A DNA stretch of 14,578 nt, taken from the NCBI GenBank assembly GCA_030141605.1, contig JAQGDQ010002112.1, positions 1-14,578 of the forward strand, read 5' to 3'. The notes under the pieces are model-generated. The model was given only the letters and a program-made list of their open reading frames with translations. It was not told the DNA's origin and made no database searches. Of the stretch, positions 8,164-14,578 are shown in pieces (the stretch's first letter is position 1; each line of letters begins with the position of its first letter). The stretch comes from Tubiluchus corallicola. Lineage: Eukaryota; Animalia; Priapulida. The translations under genes and the position numbers were made by a program.

Positions 8164-8888
8164 TGCACTGAGCTGGCTAGCTATGCGGGCTATTGCTCAT
8201 GGAAATGGAGTTGTACTTCATTTGTCCAGGTTCAATCCGGGTACTGTCCCGACTTTGCACTGAGCTGGCTATGCGAGCTAGTGCTCATGGAAATGGAGTT
8301 GTACTTCAATTGTCCAGGTTCAATCCGGGTACTGTCCCGACTTTGCACTGAGCTGGCTAGCTATGCGGGCTATTGCTCATGGAAATGGAGTTGTACTTCA
8401 TTTGTCCAGGTTCAATCCGGGTACTGTCCCGACTTTGCACTGAGCTGGCTATGCGAGCTAGTGCTCATGGAAATGGAGTTGTACTTCAATTGTCCAGGTT
8501 CAATCCGGGTACTGTCCCGACTTTGCACTGAGCTGGCTAGCTATGCGGGCTATTGCTCATGGAAATGGAGTTGTACTTCATTTGTCCAGGTTCAATCCGG
8601 GTACTGTCCCGACTTTGCACTGAGCTGGCTAGCTATGCGGGCTATTGCTCATGGAAATGGAGTTGTACTTCATTTGTCCAGGTTCAATCCGGGTACTGTC
8701 CCGACTTTGCACTGAGCTGGCTATGCGGGCTATTGCTCATGGAAATGGAGTTGTACTTCAATTGTCCAGGTTCAATCCGGGTACTGTCCCGACTTTGCAC
8801 TGAGCTGGCTAGCTATGCGGGCTAGTGCTCATTGAAATGGAGTTATACTTCAATTGTCCAGGTTCAATCCGGGTACTTGTCCCGACTT
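8164..8888 (+). repeat. 92/88-bp tandem array, 8 copies, with a tRNA/SINE-head-like unit
   Basis: Units start at 8164, 8256, 8344, 8436, 8524, 8616, 8708 and 8796 (lengths 92, 88, 92, 88, 92, 92, 88, 93; the short form lacks one GCTA). Each carries a B-box match GTTCAATCC (GWTCRANNC) and ends in CCCGACTT. Confidence 0.95.
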
Positions 8889-9368
8889 TTCTCATTCCTA
8901 TCGTTTAATTCGAATTTTGGTTCAAAAAAGTTACTAAATCGTATAAGTTCATAGCATCATTAGTAACAACATTGTTATTAACAGCATAAACATAACAACA
9001 GGCCTAACATTTTACATTAACGGCAAAAACGAAATGCTATCATTTCCATACTACGTTAAATATTAATAAATATTGCTAAGTACCACTGTAAATAAGTGAA
9101 AATGCATGTTGTATGAAAGCACTAACGTACAATTTCCTAGTTTGTAAACCTATTTTACATTGAGCAATGAATAAATATAGAAGGCCTATATGCACAACAG
9201 GTAACATAAGATAATACTTGCTATAATTGACTGCAGTATATTATTTAAACGTTACATCATTTGCTTCATTATTGAAACATGATTATTGCAAATTCTACAG
9301 TTATTTGCATGTTATTATCAGACTACGTCTTGATGAGACTAAAGCCTGAATGTTTAAGTTACAACTAA

Positions 9369-12300
9369 AAACTTCTGATTCTACTAAGATACCCTAGACT
9401 CCTACATGTTTCAAGTATACTTGCAAACTTCTGATTCTACTACGATACCCTAGACTCCTACATGTTTCAAGTATGCTTGCAAACTTCTGATTCTACTACG
9501 ATACCCTAGACTCCTACGTGTTTCAAGTATACTTGCAAACTTCTGATTCTACTAAGATTCCCTAGACTCCTACGTGTTTCAAGTATACTTGCAAACTTCT
9601 GATTCTACTACGATACCCTAGACTCCTACGTGTTTCAAGTATACTTGCAAACTTCTGATTCTACTAAGATACCCTAGACTCCTACGTGTTTCAAGTATAC
9701 TTGCAAACTTCTGATTCTACTAAGATACCCTAGACTCCTACGTGTTTCAAGTATACTTGCAAACTTCTGATTCTACTACGATACCCTAGACTCCTACATG
9801 TTTCGAGTATACTTGCAAACTTCTGATTCTACTACGATACCCTAGACTCCTACATGTTTCAAGTATGCTTGCAAACTTCTGATTCTACTACGATACCCTA
9901 GACTCCTACGTGTTTCAAGTATACTTGCAAACTTCTGATTCTACTAAGATTCCCTAGACTCCTACGTGTTTCAAGTATACTTGCAAACTTCTGATTCTAC
10001 TACGATACCCTAGACTCCTACGTGTTTCAAGTATACTTGCAAACTTCTGATTCTACTAAGATACCCTAGACTCCTACGTGTTTCAAGTATACTTGCAAAC
10101 TTCTGATTCTACTAAGATACCCTAGACTCCTACATGTTTCAAGTATACTTGCAAACTTCTGATTCTGCTACGATACCCTAGACTCCTACATGTTTCAAGT
10201 ATACTTGCAAACTTCTGATTCTACTAAGATACCCTAGACTCCTACATGTTTCGAGTATACTTGCAAACTTCTGATTCTACTACGATACCCTAGACTCCTA
10301 CATGTTTCAAGTATACTTGCAAACTTCTGATTCTACTACGATACCCTAGACTCCTACATGTTTCAAGTATACTTGCAAACTTCTGATTCTACTACGATAC
10401 CCTAGACTCCTACATGTTTCAAGTATACTTGCAAACTTCTGATTCTACTACGATACCCTAGACTCCTACATGTTTCAAGTATACTTGCAAACTTCTGATT
10501 CTACTAAGATACCCTAGACTCCTACATGTTTCGAGTATACTTGCAAACTTCTGATTCTACTACGATACCCTAGACTCCTACATGTTTCAAGTATACTTGC
10601 AAACTTCTGATTCTACTAAGATACCCTAGACTCCTACATGTTTCAAGTATACTTGCAAACTTCTGATTCTACTAAGAAACCCTAGACTCCTACATGTTTC
10701 AAGTATACTTGCAAACTTCTGATTCTGCTACGATACCCTAGACTCCTACGTGTTTCAAGTATGCTTGCAAACTTCTGATTCTATTACGATACCCTAGACT
10801 CCTACATGTTTCAAGTATACTTGCAAACTTCTGATTCTACTACGATACCCTAGACTCCTACATGTTTCAAGTATACTTGCAAACTTCTGATTCTACTACG
10901 ATACCCTAGACTCCTACATGTTTCAAGTATGCTTGCAAACTTCTGATTCTACTACGATACCCTAGACTCCTACGTGTTTCAAGTATACTTGCAAACTTCT
11001 GATTCTACTACGATACCCTAGACTCCTACATGTTTCAAGTATACTTGCAAACTTCTGATTCTGCTACGATACCCTAGACTCCTACATGTTTCAAGTATAC
11101 TTGCAAACTTCTGATTCTACTACGATACCCTAGACTCCTACATGTTTCAAGTATACTTGCAAACTTCTGATTCTACTACGATACCCTAGACTCCTACATG
11201 TTTCAAGTATACTTGCAAACTTCTGATTCTACTACGATACCCTAGACTCCTACATGTTTCAAGTATACTTGCAAACTTCTGATTCTACTACGATACCCTA
11301 GACTCCTACATGTTTCAAGTATGCTTGCAAACTTCTGATTCTACTACGATACCCTAGACTCCTACATGTTTCAAGTATGCTTGCAAACTTCTGATTCTAC
11401 TACGATACCCTAGACTCCTACATGTTTCAAGTATACTTGCAAACTTCTGATTCTACTACGACACCCTAGACTCCTACATGTTTCAAGTATGCTTGCAAAC
11501 TTCTGATTCTACTACGATACCCTAGACTCCTACATGTTTCAAGTATACTTGCAAACTTCTGATTCTACTACGATACCCTAGACTCCTACATGTTTCAAGT
11601 ATACTTGCAAACTTCTGATTCTACTACGATACCCTAGACTCCTACATGTTTCAAGTATGCTTGCAAACTTCTGATTCTACTACGATACCCTAGACTCCTA
11701 CATGTTTCAAGTATACTTGCAAACTTCTGATTCTACTACGATACCCTAGACTCCTACATGTTTCAAATATACTTGCAAACTTCTGATTCTGCTACGATAC
11801 CCTAGACTCCTACATGTTTCAAGTATACTTGCAAACTTCTGATTCTACTACGATACCCTAGACTCCTACATGTTTCAAGTATACTTGCAAACTTCTGATT
11901 CTACTACGATACCCTAGACTCCTACATGTTTCAAGTATACTTGCAAACTTCTGATTCTACTACGATACCCTAGACTCCTACATGTTTCAAGTATACTTGC
12001 AAACTTCTGATTCTACTACGATACCCTAGACTCCTACATGTTTCAAGTATACTTGCAAACTTCTGATTCTACTACGATACCCTAGACTCCTACATGTTTC
12101 AAGTATACTTGCAAACTTCTGATTCTACTACGATACCCTAGACTCCTACATGTTTCAAGTATACTTGCAAACTTCTGATTCTACTACGATACCCTAGACT
12201 CCTACATGTTTCAAGTATACTTGCAAACTTCTGATTCTGTTACGATACCCTAGACTCCTACGTGTTTCAAGTATGCTTGCAAACTTCTGATTCTACTACG

Positions 12301-13175
12301 ATACCCTAGACTCCTACATGTTTCAAATATACTTGCAAACTTCTGATTCTGCTACGATACCCTAGACTCCTACATGTTTCAAGTATACTTGCAAACTTCT
12401 GATTCTGCTACGATACCCTAGACTCCTACATGTTTCAAGTATGCTTGCAAACTTCTGATTCTACTACGATACCCTAGACTCCTACATGTTTCAAGTATAC
12501 TTGCAAACTTCTGATTCTACTACGATACCCTAGACTCCTACATGTTTCAAGTATACTTGCAAACTTCTGATTCTGCTACGATACCCTAGACTCCTACATG
12601 TTTCAAGTATACTTGCAAACTTCTGATTCTACTAAGATACCCTAGACTCCTACATGTTTCAAGTATACTTGCAAACTTCTGATTCTGCTACGATACCCTA
12701 GACTCGTGTTTCAAGTATACTTGCAAACTTCTGATTCTACTACGATACCCTAGACCTACATGTTTCAAGTATACTTGCAAACTTCTGATTCTGCTACGAT
12801 ACCCTAGACTCCTACATGTTTCAAGTATACTTGCAAACTTCTGATTCTACTACGATACCCTAGACTCCTACATGTTTCAAGTATACTTGCAAACTTCTGA
12901 TTCTACTAAGATACCCTAGACTCCTACATGTTTCAAGTATACTTGCAAACTTCTGATTCTGCTACGACACCCTAGACTCCTACATGTTTCAAGTACTCTT
13001 GCAAACTTCTGATTCTGCTACGACACCCTAGACTCCTACATGTTTCAAGTACTCTTGCAAACTTCTGATTCTACTAAGATACCCTAGACTCCTACATGTT
13101 TCAAGTATGCTTGCAAACTTTTGATTCTACTACGATACCCTAGACTCCTACATGTTTCAAGTATGCTTGCAAACT
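9369..13175. repeat. 56-bp satellite, about 68 copies (3.8 kb)
   Basis: Unit AAACTTCTGATTCTACTACGATACCCTAGACTCCTACATGTTTCAAGTATACTTGC, head-to-tail with no spacers. There are a few recurrent SNP variants and two small deletions (about 12705 and 12754). Confidence 0.98.
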
Positions 13176-13871
13176 GCAGCTTAATTCTTGTCTAAGCCGG
13201 TTCTAAACAATCTGTGCACACAAAGAACGATGATTTATTGTCTGATATGTTCTATGCTATGATAATATTACTACATAACAAATTAACAACACACAGTTAC
13301 AGGCCCAAAACTGACTTAGCTACCTATTATAAGATTTGACACGAAACAACGAATCAAGTTTTATAGCTACCATTATCACAGCTATATCTAACTAATAAAA
13401 ACTACTAATTTTCTTTTTTCTTTTTATTGTGTTGTTCTTCTCAGCCGTCCCTTTTGAATTCTAAGTTTTGGTTTTGTTGTTTCTTTTTGTTTAAATTTCT
13501 GGAGTGTCCGTTATGCAGCGCTTACCCGCATCACCGATGGCGAGCCGTAAGGCTATCTACCGGGTCGAACCCCGGAACAATATTTTGCTAACTCATGAAG
13601 CAGGAACTTCCCAGAGAGCGAGCGACCTCTATCGCACAGGTGTAGAACTATTCAGATCGATTGCAGTGGCTGCTTGGTTTCACCCGCTTGACGTGTGAAT
13701 GAAAAACAAATTTTTCTACATTACTAAATTTCAATACTCGTACTAAATCAGCATCTCGACCATTTATACCGTACCACTATCTGTTCATAGAAGTTTGTGG
13801 TCATGAGGTTGGTTGTCGTGGTTATCATCATTCTTTCCTTTGTAGGCGGATCTGTAAAAACAAACATAATT

Positions 13872-13957
13872 AAAACATAAAACATAAAATATGAAACATG
13901 AAACATGAAACATGAAACATGAAACATGAAACATGAAACATGTGTGTGTGTGTGTGT
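13872..13957. repeat. Compound microsatellite: (RAAACAT)x10 followed by (TG)x8
   Basis: AAAACAT x2, AAAATAT and GAAACAT x7 span 13872-13941, then a TG run to 13957. Confidence 0.92.
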
Positions 13958-14049
13958 TTTTAATTAAACATATAGAAGACCTTTATGTTCAAATTTAAGC
14001 AGTAAATTCCTGTGCTTATGTTCATCGCAACATTTGCCAGAGTTAGGGA

Positions 14050-14578
14050 TAGTTTAAACATAATTTATTTAGAATTGGATCAGACAGTTTAACAACATGA
14101 TTTAGGATCCTCACCACAACAGACTTTATACACTATTTACAAGAACATTTACAGTAAGAATTGACTATAACTATACAAGCTGACTAGTTTTACTAAGATT
14201 ACATTAGATATTAGTAACATTTACAGTAAGAATTGACTATAACTACACAAGCTGACAAGTTTTACTACAAGATTACATTAGATACTAGTAACATTTACAG
14301 TAAGAATAGACTATAACTACACAAGCTGACAAGTTTTACTACAAGATTACATTAGACATTAGTAACATTTACAGTAAGAATAGACTATAACTACACAAGC
14401 TGACAAGTTTTACTACAAGATTACATTAGACATTAGTAACATTTACAGTAAGAATAGACTATAACTACACAAGCTGACAAGTTTTACTACAAGATTGCAT
14501 TAGACATTAGTAACATTTACAGTAAGAATAGACTATAACTACACAAGCTGACAAGTTTTACTACAAGATTACATTAGA
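14050..14578. mobile_element. Dispersed repeat element, copy 2: shared flank plus a 74-bp tandem array (about 6 units, truncated by the window end)
   Basis: 14050-14143 matches 661-755. Array units start at 14144 (72 bp, most diverged), 14216, 14290, 14364, 14438 and 14512. Confidence 0.85.

Noticed and set aside
8281-8825. 144-aa and 90-aa repetitive ORFs
   Set aside because: They arise from the 180-bp (92+88) period, start at GTG or TTG, and show no recognisable domain.
9326-9352. Hammerhead-like core (TTGATGAGACTAAAGCCTGAAT)
   Set aside because: Both conserved boxes (CTGATGA and GAAA) are mismatched and stem II pairs imperfectly.
9369-13175. CRISPR array (regular repeats with an internal palindrome)
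   Set aside because: There are no unique spacers, since the whole 56-bp unit repeats. No cas genes are present and the context is eukaryotic. The same applies to the 74-, 22- and 92/88-bp arrays.
13538-13552. LTR primer-binding site TGGCGAGCC
   Set aside because: It is not preceded by an LTR ending in CA, the match is short, and no gag or pol follows.

Overview
AT-rich, repeat-dense eukaryotic genomic DNA, most likely from an invertebrate animal; the taxon cannot be fixed from the sequence. There is one supportable protein-coding gene, a firefly-luciferase-like / 4-coumarate:CoA-ligase-like acyl-CoA synthetase (ANL superfamily). The ORF track starts it at a GTG, but the sequence supports a two-exon model, join(498..536,2137..3768), 556 aa. 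A 13-codon exon 1 begins a mitochondrial-presequence-like N-terminus, the whole catalytic region sits in one intronless exon, and there is no C-terminal PTS1. The 1.6-kb intron holds a 74-bp-minisatellite-bearing dispersed element (second copy at the window end) and a probable solo LTR. Downstream are a 5'-truncated CR1/L2-type LINE on the minus strand, a 22-bp minisatellite, a CpG-rich promoter-like patch, a TTAA-flanked Kolobok-like non-autonomous transposon and a tRNA-derived SINE-like element. These are followed by a (GAT/GAC)n tract, a 92/88-bp array that appears to be a tandemly amplified head of that same SINE family, and a 3.8-kb 56-bp satellite with an internal palindrome. About 42% of the window is tandem repeat. 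No CRISPR array is present.
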